Positions 29,527 through 40,376 of a DNA stretch of 64,000 bases are shown here, in pieces. The DNA comes from an uncultured delta proteobacterium. Its GTDB lineage: Bacteria > Desulfobacterota > Zymogenia > Zymogenales > Zymogenaceae. The notes under the pieces were generated by a model, which saw only the letters and a program-made list of their open reading frames with translations, was not told where the DNA came from and ran no database searches. Position 1 is the first letter of the stretch; every line of letters begins with the position of its first letter. The stretch is from the NCBI GenBank assembly GCA_963735595.1, contig CAVTLK010000001.1, positions 128,001-192,000 of the forward strand, read 5' to 3'. The translations under genes and the position numbers were made by a program.

Positions 29527-31314
29527 ATGACGACGATGGTAACTGTCACTATTAATGACCGGGAAATCAAAGTGAAGGCGGGGATAACGATCCTGGAGGC
29601 CGCCCGTGAGGCTGGAATTTATATCCCTACACTTTGTGATCACCCCGCGGTCCTTCCGACCGGGGCCTGTCGAATGTGCGTGGTAGAGGTGCTCGGGCAA
29701 CGTAACCTGCAGAGCTCGTGCACGTTTCCGGTAACCGACGGGATGAAGATCGATACGGAATCGAAGCGGGTGAACGGCGCCCGAAAACTGATCATTGAAA
29801 TGATCTTTTCGGAAAGAAATCATTACTGCCCCTATTGCGAGATGAGCGGCAGCTGCGAGCTTCAGGACATGGGCTACCGGTACCGCCTCGATCACTGGGC
29901 GTTTCCCACGTTCACGAAGGCCTATCCGCTGGATGCTACGCACAAGCATTACCTGATGGACCATAACCGGTGTATTCTGTGCGGAAGATGCATTCGTGCC
30001 TGCAACGACCTTGTCGCCAATCACACGCTGGGATTAGGACAGCGTGGAAGTAGGACCCTCGTCGCAGCCGACGGAAATGCCCCGCTCGGAGAATCATCCT
30101 GCATCTCCTGCGGAACATGTGCCCAGGTGTGCCCGACGGGAGCTCTTTTTTACAAACGGAGCGCCTATATGGGGCGGGACGCCCTGACCGAAAACGTCAA
30201 GAGCACCTGCAACCGTTGCAGCGTCGGCTGCGGCACCCGGGTCGTAACGCGCGGCGGGAACGTCCTGCGTGTGATGGGCGATTGGGACGCCCCGGTAAAT
30301 AAAGGTCTATTATGCACGATGGGCCGTTTCGATCTCCTCTACGATACGCGTCAGAGGGTAACCGCGCCCCTCTTGCGGTCTGAAGGAAGGCTCGAAGAGA
30401 TAAGCTGGGAAAAGGCAATCGAAATCGTGGCCGGCCGAATCGGCGCCGTAAAGGCCTCGGATATAGGGGTACTTGCGGGCAGCCACTCGTCCAATGAGGC
30501 GCTGTACCTCCTTAAGAAGCTTTTCAAACAGGAGCTGAAGGTTTCCAATATCGGTACGATAACTACTCCAACGCCCCGGATATTCAGCAAGCCGCACGGT
30601 AGTCTCGGCGATATACTCAAGAGTGATATCATTCTGGTCGCCGGCTCCGATCCGGGCAACAACCAGCCGGTAGCTTCATTTATCATCAAGCGCGTCGTGG
30701 ACAAGGGGGCACGGTTGATCGTGGTTGACGACAATGAAAACGGTTTGTCTCCGTTCGCCTTCATGACTGTCGGTATGGCCGACATAGGAAAGGCGATCGA
30801 AATCGCCGGGCGGGCCGACAATCCCGTTATCGTGTACGGGTCCGGTGTATCCGAGGCGGCCGCGGTCGAACTAAAGAAACTGGAAGATAGGGTAGAATTC
30901 ATCAGGATCGAGTCGGGGGTCAACACAACGGCCGTAGCGGCTCTGGGACTGGACAACGGCTATGACCCGGCAACGGCTAAGCTCCTGTTTGTCCTGTTGG
31001 GTGAAGAAGATTGCCGGGAAAACGATCTGCTTAGGGCTGTTCCAAAGGATACATTTGTCGTTGTGCAGGCAAGCTATGCGTCTCCGATCACCCAGCGGGC
31101 TGCGCTCGTGTTGCCCGGCACGATATGGTCGGAACAGAGTTGTACCCTCACGAATTTCGAAGGAAGGGTTCAGAAGGTCGCTCAGGCGGTGGAGCCCGTC
31201 GGGCAGAGCAAGCCCGACTGGGAGGCGCTGCAGCTATTATCGACAGCACTCGGCAGGAAGATCGCGGTATCCGTAGATACAGTCACGACAGAAGTGGTTG
31301 AGTCACTGAAATAA
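29527..31314 (+). CDS. hoxU: HoxU/NuoG-like Fe-S subunit fused to a degenerate molybdopterin-oxidoreductase domain
   Basis: IPTLC...GACRMC...C; HYCPYC...C; CILCGRCIRAC; CISCGTCAQVCP; CNRCSVGC; TNFEGRVQ...PDWE. Confidence 0.75.
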   Translation: MTTMVTVTINDREIKVKAGITILEAAREAGIYIPTLCDHPAVLPTGACRMCVVEVLGQRNLQSSCTFPVTDGMKIDTESKRVNGARKLIIEMIFSERNHYCPYCEMSGSCELQDMGYRYRLDHWAFPTFTKAYPLDATHKHYLMDHNRCILCGRCIRACNDLVANHTLGLGQRGSRTLVAADGNAPLGESSCISCGTCAQVCPTGALFYKRSAYMGRDALTENVKSTCNRCSVGCGTRVVTRGGNVLRVMGDWDAPVNKGLLCTMGRFDLLYDTRQRVTAPLLRSEGRLEEISWEKAIEIVAGRIGAVKASDIGVLAGSHSSNEALYLLKKLFKQELKVSNIGTITTPTPRIFSKPHGSLGDILKSDIILVAGSDPGNNQPVASFIIKRVVDKGARLIVVDDNENGLSPFAFMTVGMADIGKAIEIAGRADNPVIVYGSGVSEAAAVELKKLEDRVEFIRIESGVNTTAVAALGLDNGYDPATAKLLFVLLGEEDCRENDLLRAVPKDTFVVVQASYASPITQRAALVLPGTIWSEQSCTLTNFEGRVQKVAQAVEPVGQSKPDWEALQLLSTALGRKIAVSVDTVTTEVVESLK

Positions 31315-31326
31315 GGAGAAGCCAAG

Positions 31327-31872
31327 ATGGCAAAAGTTAGAGTAGCGACGGACTGGCTGGCGGGTTGCGCTGGATGTCACATGTCGTTTCTGGATATTGA
31401 TGAGCGTATAGTGGGATTATCGGAACTGGTTGAATTTACCTCGAGCCCGATAACGGATCTCAAGCATCCGCCGAAAGAAGGCGTAACGGTGGGCATCCTG
31501 GAAGGCGCGATCTGCAACACGCATAATATCGAAGTTGCAAAACAAATGCGCGAGCGGTGCGATATCCTGATCGCCGTCGGCGACTGCGCCACGTTCGGCG
31601 GAGTCCCCGCAATGCGAAATCTCGTAGGTACTGATGAAGCCCTGCGAAGGGCTTATATCGAAACGGAAAGCACAGTTGACGGGATCATACCGGATTCCGA
31701 AGAGCTCGGTAAACCCCTGGACATGGTCACCGGGATCGATGCGGTGGTCAAGGTCGATCTATTCATCCCGGGTTGTCCGCCGAGAGCGGACGCATTCTAT
31801 TACGCGCTGTCGGAGCTGCTTGCGGGACGCACACCAATAGTTTTACCGGCCGAGCTATTTACCTACGATTAG
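31327..31872 (+). CDS. hoxY: Group 3 [NiFe]-hydrogenase small subunit
   Basis: WLAGCAGCHMSFLDIDE, GDCATFGGVPAMRN, IPGCPP. Confidence 0.85.
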   Translation: MAKVRVATDWLAGCAGCHMSFLDIDERIVGLSELVEFTSSPITDLKHPPKEGVTVGILEGAICNTHNIEVAKQMRERCDILIAVGDCATFGGVPAMRNLVGTDEALRRAYIETESTVDGIIPDSEELGKPLDMVTGIDAVVKVDLFIPGCPPRADAFYYALSELLAGRTPIVLPAELFTYD

Positions 31873-31884
31873 AGGAGAACACGT

Positions 31885-33312
31885 ATGGGTCGTAAGATAA
31901 CCATAGAACCGGTAACACGCATCGAAGGTCACGGACGTGTAACAATACATTTGGATGATCAAGGCGCGGTAGAAAAAACTTTTTTCCATGTTGATGAATT
32001 CCGCGGTCTGGAAAAATTCTGTGAAGGTCGTCCGCATTATGAAATGCCGCAAATTACGCAGCGCATATGCGGAATATGTCCGATCAGCCACCACCTGGCG
32101 GCCTCCAAGGCATGTGACGCCGTTTCCCGTGTGGAGCCTCCGCGACCCGGCAGATTGCTGCGCGAGCTAATACACATGGGCCAGTTTGTCCAATCTCACG
32201 GCATGCATTTTTTCCACTTGGCGGCTCCCGACCTGCTGTTTGGCTTCGACTCAGATCCCGCAACGCGCAACGTTTTCAGGATAATTAAGGAAAATCCCCA
32301 GTTAGCGCTGAAGGCTGTTACCATGCGGCGTTATGGTCAGCAAATAATCGAGAGGCTGGGCGGAAAACGTGTTCATGCTAATTTTTCGGTTGCCGGCGGA
32401 GTTAACGCACCACTGACAGATGAGAATCGTAAGGCAATTGCATCAGAGCTAAAGGCCATAATCATAATTGCCCAAGAGGCAATCGGCATAGCGAAAGGAT
32501 GGCTTGAAGCCAATGAGAAGCTGGCGGCCGAGTTTGCTTCGTTTCCGTCAAACTATATGGGACTGGTGGACGAAGAAGGAGGCCTCCAGCTGTACGACGG
32601 CGAAATCCGCGCCAGAGATGCGCACGGTAACTTCCAGGCGCAGTTTAAGCCGGAACACTACCTGTCGTTCATCGGCGAGCACGTGGAGCCGTGGTCGTTC
32701 CTGAAGCATCCATACCTCCGTAAGATGGGCTTTCCCCAGGGTTTTTACCGGGTCGGCCCGTTGGGCAGGCTCAATGTCATCGATAAAATAGGCACACCGC
32801 TTGCCCAGGAGGAATTCAAGCTTTTCAGACGAATCAACGGCGGGATGCCCGTTGAGGGCTCTTTGTATTACCACTACGCGCGAATGATAGAGGCTCTGTA
32901 TTGTCTGGAGCGTATCGGCAGCCTGCTGGACGATCCGGACATTATGTCCAATAACGTCCGCACGTATCCCCCGCTGGAAATTGTTCCCGGCCAGGGTGTG
33001 GGCGTCATTGAAGCGCCGCGGGGAACGCTTTTCCACGACTACGGCACGGATGAGGACGGCATCTTGACCAGGGTCAATCTTATCGTCGCCACCGGAAACA
33101 ACAACTGGGCGATGCATACCGCCGCGGGGGCAGTTGCCAAGGCATACGTTGACGGCACAAAGCTCACGGAGGGAATGCTCAACATGGTGGAAGCGGCCAT
33201 TCGGTGTTACGATCCATGCCTGTCCTGCTCAACGCACGCGATCGGCAAGATGCCGCTGGTCGTAACGCTGGTTGCCGCCGACGGGACGGTTCTCGATCGT
33301 ATCAGCCGTTAG
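31885..33312 (+). CDS. hoxH: Group 3 (3d-like) [NiFe]-hydrogenase large subunit
   Basis: TRIEGHG, L1 RICGICPISH, EAPRGTL, L2 RCYDPCLSCSTH plus C-terminal extension. Confidence 0.92.
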   Translation: MGRKITIEPVTRIEGHGRVTIHLDDQGAVEKTFFHVDEFRGLEKFCEGRPHYEMPQITQRICGICPISHHLAASKACDAVSRVEPPRPGRLLRELIHMGQFVQSHGMHFFHLAAPDLLFGFDSDPATRNVFRIIKENPQLALKAVTMRRYGQQIIERLGGKRVHANFSVAGGVNAPLTDENRKAIASELKAIIIIAQEAIGIAKGWLEANEKLAAEFASFPSNYMGLVDEEGGLQLYDGEIRARDAHGNFQAQFKPEHYLSFIGEHVEPWSFLKHPYLRKMGFPQGFYRVGPLGRLNVIDKIGTPLAQEEFKLFRRINGGMPVEGSLYYHYARMIEALYCLERIGSLLDDPDIMSNNVRTYPPLEIVPGQGVGVIEAPRGTLFHDYGTDEDGILTRVNLIVATGNNNWAMHTAAGAVAKAYVDGTKLTEGMLNMVEAAIRCYDPCLSCSTHAIGKMPLVVTLVAADGTVLDRISR

Positions 33313-33380
33313 AGGTATCAAATACAATCCCGGGCGGATAGGCCTTTGTGCGTATCCGCCCGCTTCTTCTCAGTAAGTAC

Positions 33381-33866
33381 ATGGGCAACAGGACGATTAT
33401 CATTGGATACGGCAATATAGATCGCGCGGATGACGGCGTTGCACTTTCCATTATCAACGAACTGAGGCGACGGCGAGGGAGAGGGGGACTGGAAGAGGGC
33501 GATACCGGGCTTGGCGATCTCAACGATCGTGCCGATTCGATCTTCATGCCCCAGCTGATGCCGGAGATAATGGAAAGGCTTACGGGTTATGACAGAATAA
33601 TCTTCGTCGATGCTCATGTCAGTCCTGATACGGAAGACATCAACTGCACGGCGGTTTTGCCGGAGTATTCGGCGCCCTCATTCACCCATCACATGACGCC
33701 GTCAGCGTTCTTGGCGTTTCTCGAGACCTTGTATCATTGCGAGCCGGAAGCATACGTGGTCTCGGTACTCGGACACGAGTTTGACTTTCGGCGAACCCTT
33801 TCGCCTCGGGTGCAGGCGCTCGTTCAAACGGCCGCAGATACTATCCTGGAATTGATGGATCGGTAA
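33381..33866 (+). CDS. Hydrogenase maturation protease
   Basis: IIGYGNIDRADDG, FVDAH, THH. Confidence 0.85.
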   Translation: MGNRTIIIGYGNIDRADDGVALSIINELRRRRGRGGLEEGDTGLGDLNDRADSIFMPQLMPEIMERLTGYDRIIFVDAHVSPDTEDINCTAVLPEYSAPSFTHHMTPSAFLAFLETLYHCEPEAYVVSVLGHEFDFRRTLSPRVQALVQTAADTILELMDR

Positions 33867-33982
33867 AAGGGTATTGCGCGACTCGTCGGGTGGGAATACC
33901 AGAAACACTTGAGCCAGCGATAGGCGCTTTTGACGCACGCACCCCCGGATCGACTCTGAAATCGCTTACGGTGCGCTCCCGG

Positions 33983-34885
33983 CTACTCGGGGACGACGAA
34001 GGCCTCCTTGGGCGCGATATTGACGATAAGGATGCCTATTGCCACCATCACGAGGCTCACCAACAGCTTCATTGAGAAGGGATCGCCCATGAATATGATA
34101 CCGAGGGCGACCGCGACAATCGGCATGATAAATACGAAAACGGAAAGGTGAGTGGCCTTGTACTTAAGCAGCAGTTTCGTCCAGCCGATATAGCCGTACC
34201 CGGCGACGATGACCGACTGATAGAAAAGAGAAATAAGCACGGTCGTATTGAGCACTTGAACGGTGCGGATCTCAAAGACCAGATAGAAGACCAGGAATAT
34301 AAAGATGCTGAGAACCATCGGGTGAAGCACTAACGGCAAAGAATGCCAGTGGTCGGTAAACCGCTTGATATAGATTGTCTGGGCGGCCCAGAGAAAGGAT
34401 GATCCCATAATGAGCGCGTCACCCAGGAGGTTTGCGGAATCCATCGCACCGTGCCCCGAGAAAAGTATCGAAACGCCAACGAAGGCAAGGACGATTCCCG
34501 AGACCTTACGCCACGTAAGGCGGTCGTCGGGAAGAGCGAAGTGCGCCATGATCGCGACGAAAAACGGCTGAGTATTCATGAGGACGCCGGCGTGAGATAC
34601 AGTCGTGTAGGTAATACCAACGTAGAAGACTGCCATCTGGAGACCGAAAATGACGCCCATAGCGACCGCGTGTCCCCATTCCGGAACGGAAAGCGCAACG
34701 GGTATCTTTTTGAATCGGGCATACGCCAATATAATGAGGGACGCGACCAGGAAGCGAAGCATCACGCATACGTAGGGAGACAATCCGAAAAGTGACAGCT
34801 TAATCGCCAGGGCATTGGAGCCGAACAGCAGGCACAAAAAAACCGCCAGAGCGGCGCCCGTGGAGTCCATGGGTTTTTCGGTCAT
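33983..34885 (-). CDS. DMT/EamA family transporter
   Basis: ~10 TM helices in two EamA repeats. Confidence 0.85.
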   Translation of the reverse strand: MTEKPMDSTGAALAVFLCLLFGSNALAIKLSLFGLSPYVCVMLRFLVASLIILAYARFKKIPVALSVPEWGHAVAMGVIFGLQMAVFYVGITYTTVSHAGVLMNTQPFFVAIMAHFALPDDRLTWRKVSGIVLAFVGVSILFSGHGAMDSANLLGDALIMGSSFLWAAQTIYIKRFTDHWHSLPLVLHPMVLSIFIFLVFYLVFEIRTVQVLNTTVLISLFYQSVIVAGYGYIGWTKLLLKYKATHLSVFVFIMPIVAVALGIIFMGDPFSMKLLVSLVMVAIGILIVNIAPKEAFVVPE

Positions 34886-34995
34886 TGGATTCTCGTATCA
34901 GGTGCGCAATTATCGGGTTATAAGATATAGCGCTAAAATGTCACAGAGGGGAACCCGGATAGGGCATCCCCTTTTTCATTATCCCGTATTACCGT

Positions 34996-37440
34996 CTACA
35001 GGCCCAGGTCTTCCTTCCAGAAACGGCTCCCTTCTGATGGCCTACCGTATCCTCCTCCAACAGTCGGCAGAGTATCGGCTTTGAAGCACTCTATCGTGGC
35101 GCCCATCGATTCGTCATAGGAAAGATCCCCCGTCTCGGGGTCGACCGATTCAAAGACGACGCCCTCCGGGATCGGAAACGTTTCAATCGGCATGCCCTTG
35201 ACGGAGTCGTCCATGAAATCCAGCCAGATGGGAGCGGCGGCCTTGGCGCCCGTCTCGTAACGGCCGATTGTCTTTTCGTCGTCAAATCCGACCCAAACGC
35301 CGGAGGTCAGCTGCGGAATAAAGCCCATGAACCAGGCGTCTATATAATCATCGGTCGTGCCGGTCTTTCCGGCGCATGGGCGGCCAATGGCTCTAACGCG
35401 CGTGCCGGTTCCGGATTGCACGACGCTCTCCATGAGGCTTGTCATGATATAGGCGGTGGCGGGCGAGATAATCGGTTGAGACTTGGGGAAAGTCTCCTCG
35501 AGCACCTTCCCGTCGCGGTCGACGATCTTGGTAATGAATATCGGCTCGACACGTTTGCCGGCGTTATTAAAGACGCAGTATACACCGGTGAGTTCCTGGA
35601 GGGAAACGCCGATGGAGCCCAGGGCGATAGACGGGACCGGGTCCAGGGGAGACGTGATCCCGAGACGTTTGGCGTAGTCCACCACGTAGTCGGGCCCGAT
35701 ATCCAGGACAATCTTGACCGTTACGATATTGCGTGAAAGCGTCAGGGCCTTGCGGAACGAGGTGGGACCGTAAAACTCCCCGTCGTAATTTTTCGGTTTC
35801 CATACGCCGCCCCGGGAATACTTATCTTTATAGACAACCGGCGAATCGTAGATTATCGTCGCCGGCGTGTATCCCTTGTCGAGTGCGGCGGAATATATGA
35901 TCGGTTTAAACGACGATCCGGGCTGACGCCGAGCCATGATAGCGCGGTTAAATTCGCTCCGGCCGAAATCGTAGCCGCCCACCATTACCCTGACATAGCC
36001 GGTATCGGGCTCCATCGCAAAGATGGCGCCCTCCACGAGGGGCTCCTGGTCAAGGGCCAGACGATAGAGGCCGCTGCCTTCATCACGGCTCTTGACGGAC
36101 ACGAGAATAACGTCGCCTTTTTTAAGAGCAGAGGACGGTTTGCTGATGTAGTATTCCGGGGCCGCCGGGTTGAAGTCCCTGGCCCAGCTCATATCAGAAA
36201 GCGAAATCGTCCCTTCGCCGTTGCCGAGGTTCACGGTAACGAGGTTCTGGGCGTCATCCACTTTGGTTACGAGACCCGTATAGGTGTCGCCGATCGTGAA
36301 AGATTCGACGCCGTATTTTTCCTGGAGACCGGCGATGAAATTCTGGGCGTCCTCACCGGATAGATTATCGGCCGCACCGCGCCATCCCTGCCGTTTATCA
36401 AGCTCCTTAAGGCCACGCTTAAGGGCCTCGTCGGCATAACGGTGCATGTCCACATTCGCCGTTGTATAGACGGTGAGCCCCTCGCGATAGAGAGCGGTCG
36501 AGCCGTACTTATCCTCGACGTACCTGCGGACATATTCCGAAAAATAGGGGCACTTTTCCTTGGTCGGGTTTTCGATCGGTTTCAGGGTAATGTCGGTGGC
36601 GAGGGCCTCGTTCATCTCCTCTTCGGTAATGAAATGTTCCTTTACCATCATGTTAAGGACGTATTCCTGGCGTTCCTTGGCCTTTTCCCAGTGCTTGTAG
36701 GGAGAAAAGGCGTCGGGGGCCTTGGGTAATCCGGCAAGAAGAGTACATTCGGCAAGGTTGAGGTCTTCTACGGGTTTTCCGAAGTATACGGCCGAAGCGG
36801 CCTCAACGCCATAAGCGCCGTAACCGAGATATATTTGATTGAGATATAAGTAGAGGATCTCTTCCTTGGTCAGGTAGTTCTCAATCCTGTATGCAAGGAT
36901 TGCTTCCTTGATCTTCCGCGTGAAATCGACGTGGGGAGTCAGGAGAAGCGTCTTAATGAGCTGCTGCGTTATGGTACTCCCGCCCTCAACGATGCGGCCG
37001 GCCTCAAGGTTGTGAATAAAAGCGCGGATGATACCCCGGACATCGATGCCGGGATGTCTAAAAAAGCCCCCGTCTTCAGCAGCAACGAACGCCAGAACGA
37101 GCACCTTAGGGATATTTTCGTACGGAACGACGATGCGCCGCTCAACGAAGTACTCCCCGATAAGGTCCCCGCTATCTCCATACACCTTCGTAATAATGCT
37201 GGGGCGGTAGTCTTTCAGAGCGGACTCGCTCGGCAAGTCGCTGGAAAAGAAGAAGTATACGCCGAGGGAGACCGACGCCGTGAGTACCATAAATACGACG
37301 GTGATGAACAGGAAGATGGACAAAGCCATCTTCCTCTTGACGGACTTGGTTTCAGAGAGCATCATCAGGCTCTCTTCCGAGGAGAGATACCCTTTGGGTT
37401 TAAACATGTTGTGTTGTGGTAATCTGAGCTTAAGTTTCAA
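34996..37440 (-). CDS. mrcA: Penicillin-binding protein 1A
   Basis: AAEDGGF, GGSTITQQL, RKIKE, YLNQIY; SSFK, SRN and KTGT motifs. Confidence 0.93.
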   Translation of the reverse strand: MKLKLRLPQHNMFKPKGYLSSEESLMMLSETKSVKRKMALSIFLFITVVFMVLTASVSLGVYFFFSSDLPSESALKDYRPSIITKVYGDSGDLIGEYFVERRIVVPYENIPKVLVLAFVAAEDGGFFRHPGIDVRGIIRAFIHNLEAGRIVEGGSTITQQLIKTLLLTPHVDFTRKIKEAILAYRIENYLTKEEILYLYLNQIYLGYGAYGVEAASAVYFGKPVEDLNLAECTLLAGLPKAPDAFSPYKHWEKAKERQEYVLNMMVKEHFITEEEMNEALATDITLKPIENPTKEKCPYFSEYVRRYVEDKYGSTALYREGLTVYTTANVDMHRYADEALKRGLKELDKRQGWRGAADNLSGEDAQNFIAGLQEKYGVESFTIGDTYTGLVTKVDDAQNLVTVNLGNGEGTISLSDMSWARDFNPAAPEYYISKPSSALKKGDVILVSVKSRDEGSGLYRLALDQEPLVEGAIFAMEPDTGYVRVMVGGYDFGRSEFNRAIMARRQPGSSFKPIIYSAALDKGYTPATIIYDSPVVYKDKYSRGGVWKPKNYDGEFYGPTSFRKALTLSRNIVTVKIVLDIGPDYVVDYAKRLGITSPLDPVPSIALGSIGVSLQELTGVYCVFNNAGKRVEPIFITKIVDRDGKVLEETFPKSQPIISPATAYIMTSLMESVVQSGTGTRVRAIGRPCAGKTGTTDDYIDAWFMGFIPQLTSGVWVGFDDEKTIGRYETGAKAAAPIWLDFMDDSVKGMPIETFPIPEGVVFESVDPETGDLSYDESMGATIECFKADTLPTVGGGYGRPSEGSRFWKEDLGL

Positions 37441-37520
37441 TTATATCTCTCTTCTATTCGATAGTTCTTCCATTAAAGTTAGACACCGGGCAGGCGCTCT
37501 GTGTTCCCGTGGAAAAGACG

Positions 37521-38501
37521 CTAGAGCATCTTTTCGACAAAGGCCGAAGCCCTGAGATCCTTCATCCAGCGGTCAAAATAGGTGAGGGTTTTCTGATACC
37601 GTATGGTCGCGACAATCTCCGATTTCACATCGTCCACGCTAATAGCAGCTATAGGGCGCGAATCGGTGACTTTGAAAATTATAAAGCCGTTTGGCATAGC
37701 GAGTACGTCGCTGATCTGTCCGACCTTCATGCTGTTGAGCAGGGAAAGGAATCCAGGGTCCAGGGTATTGGATTGAAGGAAGCCCATATCTCCACCGGTT
37801 TCTGCGTCGGGCGTCATCGAGTATTCCTTTGCCATCGCCTCAAAGGAAGCACCAGATTTCAGCTTCTTGTGTACCATATCGGCCTTGGCGCGTATGGCGA
37901 CGGCAACCGACTCGGTAGTATCGGACGCAAGTGGGAAGACGATCTCACTGACGCGGTATTCCTTTCGGTCTTTGAAATCTGCGTTGTGCTCCTTAAAATA
38001 GGCGGCTATTTCCTCATCGGTTACGATGATGTGAGACGAGAGCTTTCGGGAAACTATCTGTTCTTTCTTGATTGAATACTCGATTTGGCTCTTGTATTCA
38101 TCGTACGTCATCCCGTCCTTGGCCAGAACCAGCATAAGGTCCTGCTTGCTCATGCCGTCAACTTTTAGTCGTTCCGCTATGAGCCGGTCAATCTCGATCG
38201 GAGTGATGTCAAAACCTTCTTTTTTAACGGCCTGATCGAGCAGTCTCTTAAGGATAATCTGTTCCAGAACTACTTCCCGGGCTTCCTTAACGGTCATACC
38301 GTTCGAAAGGATTGCGGCGGGATCGCCTTTCATGTCGTTGCCCCCTTCAGCGATAAGCTCGCTCATGGTAATTACATCGTCGTTAACGATGGCGATTACC
38401 TTATCGCTGACTTCGGCGGCGTTAACTACGGGGAGGGAAAGGGCGCCGATGATGGTACATATACAGAGAGCGACGTACAGTAAGGCCTTGCTGCTATTCA
38501 T
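37521..38501 (-). CDS. surA: SurA-like chaperone/parvulin PPIase
   Basis: DKVIAIVNDDVIT; FEAMAKEYS...GGDMG. Confidence 0.8.
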   Translation of the reverse strand: MNSSKALLYVALCICTIIGALSLPVVNAAEVSDKVIAIVNDDVITMSELIAEGGNDMKGDPAAILSNGMTVKEAREVVLEQIILKRLLDQAVKKEGFDITPIEIDRLIAERLKVDGMSKQDLMLVLAKDGMTYDEYKSQIEYSIKKEQIVSRKLSSHIIVTDEEIAAYFKEHNADFKDRKEYRVSEIVFPLASDTTESVAVAIRAKADMVHKKLKSGASFEAMAKEYSMTPDAETGGDMGFLQSNTLDPGFLSLLNSMKVGQISDVLAMPNGFIIFKVTDSRPIAAISVDDVKSEIVATIRYQKTLTYFDRWMKDLRASAFVEKML

Positions 38502-38547
38502 AGATACCTCCATTGTCTCACCGTTGCGTTTTATTAGCGTCGCGGTT

Positions 38548-39507
38548 CTATAGTTTAATCTTTTCCAGAACCGAAGGATTTACTTCTATTTTCGTGTTTT
38601 TCCTAATCTGCTCAAACCATTCCCCGTACTTTTCCTCGGATTTCAGCCGTTTGAGTTTCTCTTCTATCTCGGGCCGCGCCTCTTCCAGCGAGAGCATCTT
38701 GGCCTCTCGCCGATCGACTATCTTGAAGAGATGGAACCCGTATTCGCTCTCCACCACCTCGGAGAGATCGCCGGGCTTCATTGTAAAGACGACGGAAAAT
38801 GAGGGGGGCATCTCAGCCTCGCTGAAGAAGCCGAGGTCACCGCCTTTTTCCGAGTCCGGTGAAATGGAATAGGTCTTGGCGAGTTCCGAAAAATCGCCCC
38901 CTCCTTTGATTTCATCAAGGATCGTTTGCGCCTGTTCTCTGGTTTCGAGCATTATCTGAAGCGCCCTGACACGGGTGGGGGAATTGTATAGATCAAGATG
39001 ATCATCGTAGTATTTCTTGACTTCCTCGGGAGTTACCGTGATGTTCGAGCCGGCAACGGCCTTAACCAGCTTATCGAGCAGTATCTGATACTCGATCTCC
39101 TTTTTCCACGACGGGATATCGATGTTTTCTTCCTTCATGCGCGAATTGAACGTATCGGAATCGGGATACTCACCGACGATCCTGTTGATCTGCTCGTTCA
39201 TCTCGGCCTCGGAAACGGTTATTCCGAGCTTACCGGCTTCGGTGATCAGCAGTTTCTTTTCGATAAGTTGATTGAGAAGGCTCATCTTTAAGGTCTTGAT
39301 GCCTTCCGGGTCCAGGGAATCTCCCTTGGGAAGCTGTGACTTGAGTTTTTCAAGTGAATTCCTGTACTCCGAAAGGGTGATGGGGGTCCCATTGACCGTA
39401 GCGAGCACCTCATCTTCATCGGTTGCCCTGTCTTTGAGCCCGCACCCCGCCGCGAGAAATAGGAGGATACCCGAAAAGGCGATGAGAAGTAGTGTGTTGC
39501 GTTTCAT
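38548..39507 (-). CDS. Parvulin-type peptidyl-prolyl isomerase lipoprotein (PrsA/PpiC-like)
   Basis: Lipobox AAGC; LATVNG; FSELAKTYS...GGDLG; YGFH. Confidence 0.85.
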   Translation of the reverse strand: MKRNTLLLIAFSGILLFLAAGCGLKDRATDEDEVLATVNGTPITLSEYRNSLEKLKSQLPKGDSLDPEGIKTLKMSLLNQLIEKKLLITEAGKLGITVSEAEMNEQINRIVGEYPDSDTFNSRMKEENIDIPSWKKEIEYQILLDKLVKAVAGSNITVTPEEVKKYYDDHLDLYNSPTRVRALQIMLETREQAQTILDEIKGGGDFSELAKTYSISPDSEKGGDLGFFSEAEMPPSFSVVFTMKPGDLSEVVESEYGFHLFKIVDRREAKMLSLEEARPEIEEKLKRLKSEEKYGEWFEQIRKNTKIEVNPSVLEKIKL

Positions 39508-39514
39508 GTCTCTC

Positions 39515-40354
39515 TCACAATTCTTTCAACAGATCGTCATTTATCTCGATGGTAATCCCTTTTTCGAGTTTCTTAACGAAGTTCTCGAAAAACTCCTTTT
39601 CCTTCTGGTCGGTTAGCAGCTCCCGAATCTTTTTTGATGCCTCGTCATAGGGAATCGTCCTTGTCGCTCTTGGCCTGTCAAGCCTGATGATGTGGTAGCC
39701 GAAGTCCGTCTCAATTATAGGGCTGATCTCGTTCGGTTTTTCGAGAGCAAATACCGCATCTTCGAACTCCGGTATCATCTGTCCTCGGGTAATCTCCCCG
39801 ATGCTCCCTCCCGACTCGGCACCCGGCCCGATCGAAAATTTCTTGGCTAAATCAGAGAAACTCTCGCCCCGCTTCAGGAGGGCCATAATCATCTCTGCGT
39901 CTTCCCGGGTACGTACTACGATATAGCTCGCTTCCAGGGTTTCGGTTGTGAACTGGCTTCGATGGTTCTCGTAATAGTCCTTAATTTCCTTGTCGGTAAC
40001 AACGGTCTCTCCCTCAATCTGCCTGTTGAGAAGCTCATTGATTAAAAGGTTGCGCCGATAGTTTTCTATCTTATACCGGATTGCCTCGTTGTTCTGAAGC
40101 CCGAGTCGGAGCGCTTCCTGGAGCAACATCTCTCGAACGATAATCTTGTTGAGAAATTCTTTCCTGTCCTCGATGGTTCTGAGACTGTTCCTCTGGGCCT
40201 CCGGGAGGTTATCCTTTTCCCAGAGATACTCTTCTACGGTAATCTCATGGCCGTTAAAACGAGCCAAGACCTTATCGTCGCTGCAACTTGAAAGATACAG
40301 CACGAGAAAGACGATAAATGCGAGTGTAGCCAGTGTTGCCGTATTACGGTTCAT
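39515..40354 (-). CDS. Parvulin-type peptidyl-prolyl isomerase lipoprotein
   Basis: Lipobox LSSC; FSDLAKKFS, MIPEFE, FGYHII. Confidence 0.85.
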   Translation of the reverse strand: MNRNTATLATLAFIVFLVLYLSSCSDDKVLARFNGHEITVEEYLWEKDNLPEAQRNSLRTIEDRKEFLNKIIVREMLLQEALRLGLQNNEAIRYKIENYRRNLLINELLNRQIEGETVVTDKEIKDYYENHRSQFTTETLEASYIVVRTREDAEMIMALLKRGESFSDLAKKFSIGPGAESGGSIGEITRGQMIPEFEDAVFALEKPNEISPIIETDFGYHIIRLDRPRATRTIPYDEASKKIRELLTDQKEKEFFENFVKKLEKGITIEINDDLLKEL

Positions 40355-40376
40355 TCGGGATAACAAACGATATTCT

